A stretch of 64,000 nt of DNA from Chloroflexota bacterium (GCA_947475545.1 CANJLL010000002.1:144950-208949); one strand, 5' to 3'; positions 25,833-35,469 are shown, counted from the stretch's first letter. A program made the numbers and translations. The notes: generated from the sequence alone by a model not told the origin.

Positions 25833-26071
25833 CAGCGATCCCCGCTCAGGACCTCATCGTGATCGCGCGCGACGGTGCCGGTTCCGGACGCCGCGGTGCC
25901 GGCCACCGACAGCAGCCCCTCCATCCGGGCCGCGCGCTCGGCGTCCTGGGTGGGCACCACCTGGTCCACCGCGTCGCGGATGACCGCGGCCAGCGACACG
26001 TGACGGCGGCGAGCCTCACGGCGGAGGCGCTCCATCTGCTCCTCGGTCAGCGAGACCTGCGTCCTGATCAT
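25829..26071 (-). CDS. ribbon-helix-helix antitoxin (VapB/CopG-like)
   Basis: MIRTQVSLTEEQMERLRREARRRHVSLAAVIRDAV. Overlaps the vapC start (ATGA). Confidence 0.7.
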   Translation of the reverse strand: MIRTQVSLTEEQMERLRREARRRHVSLAAVIRDAVDQVVPTQDAERAARMEGLLSVAGTAASGTGTVARDHDEVLSGDRW

Positions 26072-26177
26072 GGGCGGGATGATAACAGTAGCGCTCCTGA
26101 TGATGTAACCCTTGCCTTCCGCTGGCCGACGCGCTCGCGCCATCCGGGCCCAGCCCGACCGGTCATACCCCCATGTA

Positions 26178-26729
26178 TTACCGGAGGCGGTAGTGCTTCG
26201 CCCTTAACGCGCTGACCGCCGCCTCCGCGTCGTTGGCGTAGATGATCCCGGCGAACGGGCGGGCGGCCGTGATGAGCTCGTACGCCTCCTCCGGCTCGTG
26301 GCCCAGCGCGCGCAGCACCGCGTAGGCGGCCGACGGCCCGCGGTTGATCCCCGCCCCGCAGTGGAGCAGCACGCGGGCGTTGGGGTTCGCGTCCAGCGCC
26401 CGCAGCGAGAAGGTGATCGACCGCTCGAACCAGGCCGTCCGCTTGGCCGTGCCGTCGTCCCAGGTGCCGTTGGCCAGGTGGACCGCCCGGCCGGCCAGGA
26501 GCCGGCGGACATCGGCCTCCAGCTCGCGGGCCGCGGTCACGACGTGGGTGATCCCGGCGTCCAGCACGGCCCGCGCGTCCGCCTCGTCCCAGAGCGCGCC
26601 GCCGGTGGCGACGCGCGGGGTGACGAAGTCGAAGTCCCCGGGCCGGCGGAGGGTCCACCCGCCCGGGGTCCAGGTCCGGCCGCCTGGCGTGCGGCGGCCG
26701 GGACCGGGTTCGGGAGTCCGCTCCGCCAT
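26178..26729 (-). CDS. dual-specificity / tyrosine protein phosphatase (CX5R)
   Basis: Active site VLLHCGAGINRGPS. The ATG lies 1 nt after the VWA gene stop (TGAgATG). Confidence 0.8.
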   Translation of the reverse strand: MAERTPEPGPGRRTPGGRTWTPGGWTLRRPGDFDFVTPRVATGGALWDEADARAVLDAGITHVVTAARELEADVRRLLAGRAVHLANGTWDDGTAKRTAWFERSITFSLRALDANPNARVLLHCGAGINRGPSAAYAVLRALGHEPEEAYELITAARPFAGIIYANDAEAAVSALRAKHYRLR

Positions 26730-26730
26730 C

Positions 26731-28065
26731 TCAGGCGTTTGGGTCACGCCGCATCGGCGCCCCCATCTCCATCCGCGACTTCATGCGGTACGCGGAGGCC
26801 GAATACGCCAGCTTGCGGGTCCCCTCCTCCTGCATGACCGACCAGCGCTCGGCCTCACGCTCCAGCTCGTCCACGATCCCGCGCAGGACCTCGTCGCGAC
26901 CGGCATAGCCGCGGATCCGCTTGGCCACGGCGCGCAGGGCGTGGCGCGCCTGCTCCAGCTCGCCGCGGCGGTTGAGCGCCACCACGTCCCGGAGCGCCCG
27001 GTCCGCGTAGGCCCGCGCCACCAGGCGATCCACTTCCCGGTCGCGCGGCTGGCCGTCGTTGGCCAGGGTGTCCGCGTAGCGCCAGGTGAGCGTCTCGCTG
27101 TGGGCCACGCGCCCGTCGGCATCCGCCAGGGCCAGCTCCACGCCCACGGTGCGATCCACCTCGCCCATCGGGAAGGTGAGCGCCACCACCAGCCGGACCA
27201 CCTGGTCGGAAACGAGATCGCCCAGGTGAACGACGCCCCCACCGGTCTTCGGCTCGAAGGCGAAGGCCCCGATGGGCTCCACCTGGATCCCGCTGGCGGG
27301 CCCTGCGGTGGCGAAGCGCAGCTGGACGCCGCGCGCGGTCACCTCCAGCAGCTCGCCGACCTCGGCCGCGATGAGGGTGGGGATGTCCGCCGGGCTGCCG
27401 ATGAACCGGAAGGACCCGCCGCCGGCGTCGGCCATGGCGCCAAGCAGCGCCTCGTCGAAGTCCTCCCCCACGCCGAACGTGGAGGTGGAGACGCCGCGTG
27501 CCCTGAGCGCCGCAGCGTGCGCCGTCAGCTCGGACGGATTGGTGATCCCCTGGTTGGCCAGGCCGTCGGTCAGGAGGAGCACGCGGTTGACGGCCGCGGG
27601 ATCCAGCGCCTCGGCGACCTGCTCCGCGCCGCTGAGCCAGCCGCCCGCCAGATTGGTGTTGCCGCGGGGCTCGATGGCCGCGATCGCGCGATCCGCCGAC
27701 GTCTTGCCCTCGGCGGTCGCCGGACGGCCGGCCGCGACCACGTCGATTCGATCGTCGTAGACCACGACGGCGAACCGGTCGTCGTGGGCCAGGCGCGCGA
27801 TGCCCTGGCGGACGGCATCCCGGGCCAGCTCGATCTTGCGGCCGCCCATGGAGCCCGAGCGGTCCAGGACGAAGGCCACGTTGACGCGCGGCCGAACGGA
27901 GGTGGCCGTGGCGGCGGGCGCGGTGACCTCCACCGCCAGGTAGCGGGTGGAGTGGTGGATGGCCCGGACCAGCCCGCGATCCGGGCGGACGGCGAGGGTG
28001 GGGGTGTTGCCGGTGGCGGCCCGGTTGGTGGCGGCGTCGGTGTGGGTGGGGGTCGTGTCGGTCAT
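26731..28065 (-). CDS. von Willebrand factor type A (VWA) domain protein
   Basis: MIDAS motif VLDRSGSMGG; ...LLTDGLAN. ATG at 28065 with AGGAGGA SD. It overlaps the MerR stop (ATGA). Confidence 0.8.
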   Translation of the reverse strand: MTDTTPTHTDAATNRAATGNTPTLAVRPDRGLVRAIHHSTRYLAVEVTAPAATATSVRPRVNVAFVLDRSGSMGGRKIELARDAVRQGIARLAHDDRFAVVVYDDRIDVVAAGRPATAEGKTSADRAIAAIEPRGNTNLAGGWLSGAEQVAEALDPAAVNRVLLLTDGLANQGITNPSELTAHAAALRARGVSTSTFGVGEDFDEALLGAMADAGGGSFRFIGSPADIPTLIAAEVGELLEVTARGVQLRFATAGPASGIQVEPIGAFAFEPKTGGGVVHLGDLVSDQVVRLVVALTFPMGEVDRTVGVELALADADGRVAHSETLTWRYADTLANDGQPRDREVDRLVARAYADRALRDVVALNRRGELEQARHALRAVAKRIRGYAGRDEVLRGIVDELEREAERWSVMQEEGTRKLAYSASAYRMKSRMEMGAPMRRDPNA

Positions 28066-28880
28066 TTGATGTCCTCCTGGAGCTGCCGGGCGAACGCAAT
28101 GAGGCGTTCGACAAGCCGGTTGTCCGAGCGGGTCAACGGCCGCCGGACGTGCAATTCGATGTCGGTGGTGATGGCGATGCGCTCCCACTGGGAGCGTTCG
28201 CCGAGGCTGGGGGGCTGTGGTGGGGTGATGGATTGGCTGGCCGTGGCGATGCGGGCCGACGAAGCCGACGGCGGGGGGGCCGATGGGACGGGGGCCGATC
28301 GGACGGGCAGGTCGCAGGCCGCGGGCGCCTCGGCACGCTGGCTGGATAGCGGGACCGGCGGTTCGCCGAGGTCCGTTGGGCCGATGGACCGCCTGGCGTG
28401 GATCAGCCGCGACGTCCTCGCCTGGGCCACCGGGGCCACCGGGACCTGCGGAGCGGATGCTCCCAGCGGGGCCGATGGGACCGGCGGAGCCGACGGCGCC
28501 GGAGGGGCTGATGGTGCCGGCAGCGTCCCGGACCGCGCCGAGATCACGCCCGAACCCGCCTGGCCCGTAAGCAGGGATCGGATGTAGTCCAGCGCCGAGG
28601 CCGGCTCGGCCGGCTGCTGGGGCGATGCCGGCGCCTCGGACAGGCTGGCGATGGAGTCCTCGTGGAGCGACGCCAGCCGGGTTCGGATCGCGGCAAGCGG
28701 CAGGTGGGCGTCACGGAGACGGGCAATCAGGCGGAGCCGCTGGAGCGTCTGCTCCGGGTAACGGCTGCTGGGCCCTTCGCGACCCGGCGACGGGATCAGC
28801 CCCTGGGCGATGTAGTAGCGGATGGTCCGCGCAGGCAGCCCGGTGAGCGCCTCGAGATCGGAGAGGGTGTAGTCGGCCAT
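28062..28880 (-). CDS. MerR-family transcriptional regulator with Pro/Ala/Ser-rich repeat linker and C-terminal extra domain
   Basis: HTH MADYTLSDLEALTGLPARTIRYYIAQGLIP, then a PAPSAPPAPSAPPVPSAP repeat. Confidence 0.75.
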   Translation of the reverse strand: MADYTLSDLEALTGLPARTIRYYIAQGLIPSPGREGPSSRYPEQTLQRLRLIARLRDAHLPLAAIRTRLASLHEDSIASLSEAPASPQQPAEPASALDYIRSLLTGQAGSGVISARSGTLPAPSAPPAPSAPPVPSAPLGASAPQVPVAPVAQARTSRLIHARRSIGPTDLGEPPVPLSSQRAEAPAACDLPVRSAPVPSAPPPSASSARIATASQSITPPQPPSLGERSQWERIAITTDIELHVRRPLTRSDNRLVERLIAFARQLQEDIK

Positions 28881-28920
28881 GGCGTCATACTGCCACTTGC
28901 CATGGCTACTGTCAATACCA
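28881..28920 (-). promoter_or_regulatory. MerR-type promoter: TTGACA-20-TATGAC with palindromic GCCATGGC in the spacer, ending 3 nt before the ATG (leaderless)
   Basis: Reverse-strand reading ttgacagtagccatggcaagtggcagtatgacgccATG. Confidence 0.5.
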
Positions 28921-29064
28921 TACCACGTCTCGTAGCTCTTCCATGCGGGCCGGGAGGCCGGCCACGAACCGAGCGCGGGCGCTACCCGGCTGCCCTGGCT
29001 GTCTTGTTGCGACCGGCGTGACAGGATATCTTGACAATGACTGGCGTCAGGGTCTCCTGACGCC

Positions 29065-29466
29065 ATGACCAGGCAGGACAAGCCTCGGGATGTCTACCCG
29101 CAGGCGCCCGCGCACCGCCGGCAGGGCCGGACGCTCCGCGAGGTGGCCATGCCATTGGTCGCGCCGCCGCAGCTCATGTCACTCGCGGCGATCGAGCGGG
29201 AGCTTCGCGCCATGGAGTCCCGGCGCGAGGAAGCGAACGCGGACGCGCGCGCCGCGGGCGACAGCTGGGACCAGGTCGCCGCAGTGCTCGGCATCTCGCG
29301 CCAGGCAGCGTGGGAGCGGTACCGAGAAGCGGTCCTTGGGCAGCTCACCGAATCGGATGCAGAAGACGAGGTGCTCGCCAATGCGCCGGAGTTCGACGAC
29401 CGGGAGCTTGCCGCCTGGGGTGACCATGCCGCGGGACGGAGCGTGCGTCTCGAGGACCTGGACTGA
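29065..29466 (+). CDS. small hypothetical protein with sigma-region-4-like HTH (SWDQVAAVLGISRQAAWERY)
   Basis: ORF divergent from the MerR gene. The start is uncertain (29065 or 29149). Confidence 0.4.
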   Translation: MTRQDKPRDVYPQAPAHRRQGRTLREVAMPLVAPPQLMSLAAIERELRAMESRREEANADARAAGDSWDQVAAVLGISRQAAWERYREAVLGQLTESDAEDEVLANAPEFDDRELAAWGDHAAGRSVRLEDLD

Positions 29467-29665
29467 GCGGCCCGTTCGCAGTTCAGCTTGGGACCACTGC
29501 TGCGCGTGAGTACGCCGGTCTGCCGCCGGACGTCGAGCGTGGCGTTCGTGCTGCCCTGACCCAGCTTGCCGTGGAAGCCGGCATACCGGGCCGATGGCCG
29601 GCTCCGGGCCCATCGCCCACAATGGTCGCCTGACGGCGGGTGCAGAGGACACCGAATTGGGCGAG

Positions 29666-30382
29666 ATGATCGAGATCGCGGGCGCCAAGGGCACCATGCC
29701 CGTCTACATCGCGCGTCCGGACGGTCCTGGCCCATGGCCCGGAGTCCTCGTCATCGCCGACGCGTTCGGCATGACCGCCGATGTCCGCGCCCAGGCGGAC
29801 TGGCTCGCGAGCGAGGGCTACCTTGCCGCCGCGCCGAACCTCTACTACTGGGGCGGGAAGATGCACTGCCTGGTCAGCACGTTCCGCCAGGCCGTCACCC
29901 GGAAGGGACCCGCGCTCGACGATCTCGAGGCCACCCGCGCCTGGCTGGCCGCCCAGCCGGGTGCCACCGGCAAGGTGGGTGTCATCGGGTTCTGCATGGG
30001 CGGCGGCTTCGCGCTCCTGCTCGCGGCGATAGGCGACTATGGGGCGGCCAGCGTGAACTACGGCCGCGTGCCGGGCGACGCGCTCAGGCTGCTGGAGGAT
30101 GCCTGCCCGGTGGTGGCCAGCTACGGGGGCCGCGACCGGTCGCTGGCCGGCGCGCCCGCGGCACTGCAGGCCGCCCTGGCCGCCAACGAGGTCCCGTTCG
30201 ACCTCAAGGTCTACCCGGACGCGGGCCACACGTTCATGAACCAACACGACGCTGCGGACGTGCCGCGCGTCATGACCCTGTTATCGCCGATCCTCGGCCA
30301 GGGCCACAAGCCGGAGGAGACGGCCGACGCCCGGCGCCGCATCACGGCGTTCTTTGGCACCCACCTGCAGCCGAAGGCCTGA
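29666..30382 (+). CDS. dienelactone hydrolase family protein
   Basis: ...GVIGFCMGGGFALL...YPDAGHTF. ATG at 29666 (MIEIAGAKGTMPVYIARP). Confidence 0.8.
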   Translation: MIEIAGAKGTMPVYIARPDGPGPWPGVLVIADAFGMTADVRAQADWLASEGYLAAAPNLYYWGGKMHCLVSTFRQAVTRKGPALDDLEATRAWLAAQPGATGKVGVIGFCMGGGFALLLAAIGDYGAASVNYGRVPGDALRLLEDACPVVASYGGRDRSLAGAPAALQAALAANEVPFDLKVYPDAGHTFMNQHDAADVPRVMTLLSPILGQGHKPEETADARRRITAFFGTHLQPKA

Positions 30383-31065
30383 CGGCGGGCACGACGCTGC
30401 CCCGCGTGGCTTCCCGGGACGCCGCCGCCGGGTGGCGCCGGTAGCTCGACGAGGGTGGCGGCCCTCGCGAGCACCAACCGTGCGAGGGACACCAGCTGGT
30501 CGGCGGGGTGCTCACCGGGCGTGAAGCCGATCGAGAAGCAGAGGCGACCCTTGCGCACGGCCAGCAGGGCGAACGCCTGGCCGTAGTCGTCGGTCAGCTG
30601 CAGGACGGCGTCGTCCACCTCGGGGAGGGCCTTGCGGCCGGCGCCTTCGTCGCGAGGCGCGTCCAGCGGGGTGACGAACAGCCGCGCGGCATCGGCCGCG
30701 TCCGTGCCATGGAGCACGCGAAGCTCGATGGCGTCAACGCTGCCGTTCGTCGGCGCGTAGCGGCAGGCGGCACTCGCGGCACCGGCAATGGGCTGGGGGA
30801 TCCCCGCGCCCGCGACGCCGGCAGCCGCGAAGTCGCCCGGGCCCAGGAGCCGGCACCCGTCGGACAGGACGGGGACGGGCACACCCGTGGCGAGGACCTG
30901 GCCAGGGGCGGGGACCTGGGTCGCGGCCGCCGACGCCGGTGCCGGCGTGGCCCGTGGACTGGCGGCCGCGCCGGCGCATGCCTCGAGCAGCAGGCCGGCG
31001 AGGATCATGCCCGCGAGAACGACCCCCGCGAGCCCCGCGCCTCGAGGCCGCGATCCGGCGCGCAC
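30211..31065 (-). CDS. putative lipoprotein. Its C-terminal ~57 codons overlap the convergent hydrolase gene and may be a spurious extension.
   Basis: Signal/lipobox MRAGSRPRGAGLAGVVLAGMILAGLLLEAC. No stop occurs until 30211. Confidence 0.4.
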   Translation of the reverse strand: MRAGSRPRGAGLAGVVLAGMILAGLLLEACAGAAASPRATPAPASAAATQVPAPGQVLATGVPVPVLSDGCRLLGPGDFAAAGVAGAGIPQPIAGAASAACRYAPTNGSVDAIELRVLHGTDAADAARLFVTPLDAPRDEGAGRKALPEVDDAVLQLTDDYGQAFALLAVRKGRLCFSIGFTPGEHPADQLVSLARLVLARAATLVELPAPPGGGVPGSHAGQRRARRQAFGCRWVPKNAVMRRRASAVSSGLWPWPRIGDNRVMTRGTSAASCWFMNVWPASG

Positions 31066-31066
31066 C

Positions 31067-32140
31067 CTACTTGATCCGGACGCCGCGCATCACCACGGCC
31101 ACGGGGTTCGCCAGCACGTCCGGGTCCTCGCGAGGGTCGGCATCGAAGGTGACCACGTCGGCCAGCTCACCCGTGGCGAAGCCGGGGAGGCCCAGGTAGG
31201 TTCGAGCGTCCGTGCTGGCGGCGCGCAGGGCCTGGGTTGGCGTCAGGCCGTGGCGCACCAGGTGGCGGATCTCGTCAAGGAGGCTGCCGTCGTTGTCGGT
31301 GCCGGCCAGGATGGTGACGCCGGCCGCGGCGGCGCGGGGCAGCTGCTCACGCATGTTGGCGCGGATGTCCTCCCAGAACGCGCGCGTTGCGGCGGGGAGG
31401 TCGTCGGGGAAGGGCTTGTTGAAGCCACACAGCGTGGGGGTTCAGGCGGCGCCGCGGGCGGCCATGGCGGAAACCGTGAGGGCGTCCAGCATGCAGCCGT
31501 GCTCAATCGAATCGATGCCCGCCGCGACCACCTCCGTCACGCCGGCCCACTGGCTATGGGCGGCGACGCGGGCACCCGCGGCGTGGACGGCATCGACGAG
31601 GGCGCGCAGGACGGCCGGCTCCCAGTTGGGCGGCTCGTCGCGCTCCCAGTCCGCGGTGACCTTGACCCACTGCGCGCCGGCAGCGATCTCGGCGAGGGCG
31701 GCGGGGATGATGGTCTCCGGGGTCACGGGGTCGTGGTACGGGGCAAACATCCGGCCCTGGGGTGCCAGGAAGCGGCCGGCGGCGATGAGGCGCGGGCGAT
31801 CCTGGGCCGGTGTCAGCCGAAGGGTGACTGAACCGGGCGAGCCGGCGTCCCGAACCAGCAGGACGCCCGTGGGCGGGAGCGCGCGGAGGGTCTCCTCGGC
31901 CTCGGAACTCCCGAAGGGCCCGCCGCTCCGGATGGTCACGTGAATGTGGGAATCGACCAAGCCGGGCAGCGCGAAGCGGCCGGGCAGGGGCTCGGCGGGT
32001 GCGGCGCCGAGACCAGCCCCGCTGTCGGGCGGCTCGTCCGTGAGGCGACCGCCTGGGGTGATCCACAGGTCGCGGCGCTCGCCGTCGGGGAGCAGGGTGG
32101 CGGGAAGCCGCCAGGTCGTGTCGGTCATGGTGGTGCGCAT
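31067..32140 (-). pseudogene. metal-dependent amidohydrolase interrupted by an in-frame TGA (31442-31444)
   Basis: The N-terminal ORF 31442..32140 (...GLVDSHIHV...) and the C-terminal ORF 31067..31354 (...VTILAGTDN...) share one frame: ...MAARGAA-TGA-TPTLCGFNKPFPDD...MREQL. Confidence 0.7.
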
Positions 32141-32171
32141 TCTGCCGGATGGCTCGCGGGACGCCGGGAAC

Positions 32172-33494
32172 CTATCCCCCGTTCACGAACCCCGTCGTGT
32201 CCACCGCCTCGAACGCCGACCCCGGGATCGCCTTCAGCGCGTTCAGCTGGTTGTCGTCGAAGCGCGGGTCGCTGGCGCCCTGGAAGAACCACGACGAGCC
32301 GTTGTCGGCCAGGAGCATCCCGAACGTCTGCATGGCCACCGCGATCACTCGCGCCTGTGCCGGCAGCGTCGCCACGTTGTACGACGCCTTCAGCCGGACC
32401 CGCAGCCCCATCGGCGGCAGCGCGGCGCTGGTCAGCGACGACGCGAAGTGGCGCGCGGGGTAGATGTACGCGCGCTGCGTGGTAGGGGCGGTGAATCGGA
32501 TCGCGTGGTTGATCGCGCCGGCGACCACCTCCGAGTAGCGGACCAGGCCGGGCAGGATCGGCAGCCCGGCGGCGTCGGCGGAGGTCCAGCCGTCGGGGCG
32601 GAGCGCGTTGGAGCGCAGGTCCCAGGTGGCGCCGCTGCCGGCAGCCCAGGCACCGTTGACCAGCCGGCTGTCCCAGGTCTCGTACAGGCGGCAGGTCGAG
32701 GAATCCACGATCAGGATGTGGTGGTCGGAGGGCACCTCCATCGCGGGGTTGTCGGGGATGGGGTACGGGCCGGGATCGGACTCGTCGGCATAGTCGAAGG
32801 CCACGGTCACGCCCGGGATCCCGCTCACCACGTTGTACGGGATGCCGTACCCGGCGAAGGACCCGAAGTCGGGATGGAGCCCCTTCGACGCGCCGATGCT
32901 GCCGATCAGCGTCGCCGAATCGGACCGAACGGCCAGACCGGAAACCGGCCGGTTCCAGACGTTGGTCGCGGGGAAGACTGGGCAGCCGGCAATCGTTGGG
33001 CCCGGGCCGCTGGGCGGCGGGACGGTGGGCGCGGGGGTTGGGACGGGAGTGGGCGCGCGCGTGGGCGTCGGCGCGGGGGTGGGCGCGGGCGGGGCCGTGG
33101 GCAGCGGCGGGTCGGTGACCACGGGCGGGGCCGTGGGGTCGAAGGTGGGCTCGCTACCCGGGCCCGGGATGAGCGAGGCCAGCGGGCTGGAGCCCGGGCC
33201 GGTGGCGCCGGGGCCAGCCGAACCGGCCGGACCCCCAGAGCCGCCGGGGTCGCCCGACCCGAAGCCCGATGGCGAAGCCGCCGAGCCGGAAGCCGAAGGC
33301 GAGCCCCCGCCGGATAGCGACGATCCCGGCCCCTGGCTGAACAACAGTGCGATGTCGCCCGGCGAGCTGCTCCCGTCCCCCGGCCCCACGCCCGGGAACG
33401 GGCCGCTCCCGGCGAAGGTCAGCGCCAGGATCGTCAGCACCGTGCCGGAGGCGGCAAACCGCTGGCGGGCGGCGAAGGTGGGCAAACCAGGCAT
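32172..33494 (-). CDS. secreted protein: signal peptide, Gly/Ser- and Pro/Thr-rich linker, C-terminal globular domain
   Basis: ATG at 33494 (MPGLPTFAARQRFAASGTVLTILALTFAGSG). Coherent C-terminal domain. Confidence 0.65.
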   Translation of the reverse strand: MPGLPTFAARQRFAASGTVLTILALTFAGSGPFPGVGPGDGSSSPGDIALLFSQGPGSSLSGGGSPSASGSAASPSGFGSGDPGGSGGPAGSAGPGATGPGSSPLASLIPGPGSEPTFDPTAPPVVTDPPLPTAPPAPTPAPTPTRAPTPVPTPAPTVPPPSGPGPTIAGCPVFPATNVWNRPVSGLAVRSDSATLIGSIGASKGLHPDFGSFAGYGIPYNVVSGIPGVTVAFDYADESDPGPYPIPDNPAMEVPSDHHILIVDSSTCRLYETWDSRLVNGAWAAGSGATWDLRSNALRPDGWTSADAAGLPILPGLVRYSEVVAGAINHAIRFTAPTTQRAYIYPARHFASSLTSAALPPMGLRVRLKASYNVATLPAQARVIAVAMQTFGMLLADNGSSWFFQGASDPRFDDNQLNALKAIPGSAFEAVDTTGFVNGG

Positions 33495-33856
33495 GCCGCC
33501 ACTGTGCCCTGCCAGCCAGCCCGACGCCCCCGGCCGAAGGTCCGACCCGACCCGCCTCGGAGGTCCCATCGGGCGGGCGCCGGCGCCACCAACGAGGCGG
33601 CACGGACCACGGCCAGTGCCTCAGGTGCCGGGAGGCGCCGGGCGCAGCGCAGATCCAGCCCACACCCGCGCCACAGGGTGGGGTTAGCCCCACCCCCAAG
33701 ACGCCCGCTGCCCGGCTGGGACGCGGCGCCTCCCGAGCCCAGCATTCGAACCACGAGATCCGGCCACGAATGGGCCGGGGCGGGACCGGCAGGGCGCCGG
33801 CCCGCACATGACAGGGGCCGATCCGCCAGGAGCGAGACCGGCAACGGAGGCAAGGG

Positions 33857-34843
33857 ATGGTCAATCGCAGGTTGCTGAACTGGGGAGTCTTCCTCCTCGC
33901 GGCGGGCGGCGTGATGCTGGCCGCCAACGCCGGGATCCTGGACCCCGGGCTGGCCGCCCAGGCCCTGGCCCTCTGGCCGATCCTCTTCATCGCGTGGGGG
34001 CTTCGGCTCCTCCTGCGCCGGACGGCGCTCGCTACTCCGAGCGGCGCGTTCGCCGCCGCCATGCCGGGCCTCCTGCTGGGCGGCCTGGTCGTCGCGGCCC
34101 CCAGCGCCACGCCGGCCTGCCGGCTCGCGGAGCCGCCGACCTACGCGCAGCACCAGGGGACGTTCCAGGGCTCCGCCAGCGCCGAGCTGAACCTGTCGTG
34201 CGGCGACATCACGATCGCCACGACGAGCGGCACAGACTGGAAGGTCGAGACCGGCCAGACCGGGGGCGCCACGCCCATCCTCGAATCGGACGGCCACCGG
34301 CTCCGGCTGGCGACCGTCAGCCAGCGCTTCGTGGCCACCTGGCCCGGCGCCAACCCCCGCTGGAGCGGCGACGCCTTCCGGGTCACGCTGCCCACGGCCA
34401 ACCCCATCGACCTCCAGGCGACCGTGAACGCGGGCCGCGCCCGCTTCGACCTCGCCAACGCCCGGCTGGGCCGGGTCAACCTGGACATCAACGCGAGCAG
34501 CCTCGACATGGACCTGTCGACGGCGACGCTGGACCGGCTGGTCATGGACGTCAACGCCTCCAGCGCGACGATCCGCCTGCCGAGGGCTGCCTCCTTCAGC
34601 GGCGACATCTCCATCAATGCGGCGAAGGTCTCGATCTGCGTTCCGCCCGAGCTTGGGCTGCGCGTTCGGTCCACCACGGTCCTGGGCTCGTCTCACCTGA
34701 ACGGGCTGATCAAGACCAACGGCGCCGGCACCAGCAGCGGCTGGGAAACCCCCAACTACGCGTCCGCTGCCTACAAGGCGGACGTGACCGTCGACACAAA
34801 CGTTGGTAGCGTGGACATCAATCCTGTGGGAGGCTGCAAGTGA
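33857..34843 (+). CDS. LiaF-like membrane protein (DUF4097/DUF2154-type putative adhesin domain)
   Basis: ATG at 33857 with GGAGG SD. N-terminal TMs, then a beta-rich repeat domain. Confidence 0.7.
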   Translation: MVNRRLLNWGVFLLAAGGVMLAANAGILDPGLAAQALALWPILFIAWGLRLLLRRTALATPSGAFAAAMPGLLLGGLVVAAPSATPACRLAEPPTYAQHQGTFQGSASAELNLSCGDITIATTSGTDWKVETGQTGGATPILESDGHRLRLATVSQRFVATWPGANPRWSGDAFRVTLPTANPIDLQATVNAGRARFDLANARLGRVNLDINASSLDMDLSTATLDRLVMDVNASSATIRLPRAASFSGDISINAAKVSICVPPELGLRVRSTTVLGSSHLNGLIKTNGAGTSSGWETPNYASAAYKADVTVDTNVGSVDINPVGGCK

Positions 34844-35469
34844 ACGGCAAGCGACTGTACCGGTGCCGCGAGGACCGGCAGCTCGCCGGCGTGGCCGGCG
34901 GCATGGCGGAGTACCTGGAGATCGACCCGACGATCGTTCGGATCCTGTGGATCCTCTCGGTCTTCCTGGGCGGCTTCACGCTCCTCCTCTACGTGATCAT
35001 GGCCTTCGTGGTGCCGCTGGAGCCTCGGGGCTATGCGGGCCCGATGGGTCCGAACCCGGCCGGGACGAGCGCCTCGACCCCGGCCGAGGCGACGGGCACC
35101 GGCGACGGGACGATCAATGCGGCCGAGACCGATGCAACGACCGGCGGCGAGGCGGCCGGACCAGGCACGGGACCAGGCGCACATGGCACCACTGGCTGGA
35201 CGGGTCCGACCTACTTGACCCACGGCGGCAACGCGACCGGCTGGACCCCCGGCCCGGCGCACCGCGAGGCGCGCAGCGGCCGCGGCAGCGGCAGCGGCAG
35301 CGCGACAATGGTGTTCGGGATCCTGCTGGTGGTCTTCGGCGGCATCGCCCTGCTGGGCCCGCTCTTCCCCGGCTGGCTCGTCGGTGCCCACCTTGGCCCG
35401 GCGTTCCTGGTGGCCCTTGGCATCGCGCTCCTGGCCGTGGCGCTCCGCCGCCCCGCGGCGAAGGCCTGA
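34840..35469 (+). CDS. PspC-domain protein
   Basis: RLYRCREDRQLAGVAGGMAEYLEIDPTIVRILWILSVFLGG. The GTG overlaps the LiaF stop (GTGA). Confidence 0.8.
   Translation: MNGKRLYRCREDRQLAGVAGGMAEYLEIDPTIVRILWILSVFLGGFTLLLYVIMAFVVPLEPRGYAGPMGPNPAGTSASTPAEATGTGDGTINAAETDATTGGEAAGPGTGPGAHGTTGWTGPTYLTHGGNATGWTPGPAHREARSGRGSGSGSATMVFGILLVVFGGIALLGPLFPGWLVGAHLGPAFLVALGIALLAVALRRPAAKA

Noticed and set aside
26344-28587. 747-aa plus-strand ORF antisense to the VWA and phosphatase genes
   Set aside because: It has no domain signature and a biased composition. The minus-strand genes carry MIDAS and CX5R motifs, strong SD sequences and coupled overlaps.
31442-31444. The in-frame TGA in the amidohydrolase read as selenocysteine
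   Set aside because: No SECIS-like hairpin was noticed downstream, the family is not a known selenoprotein, and TGA to TGG (Trp) gives a natural sequence. A pseudogene or base-call error is more parsimonious.
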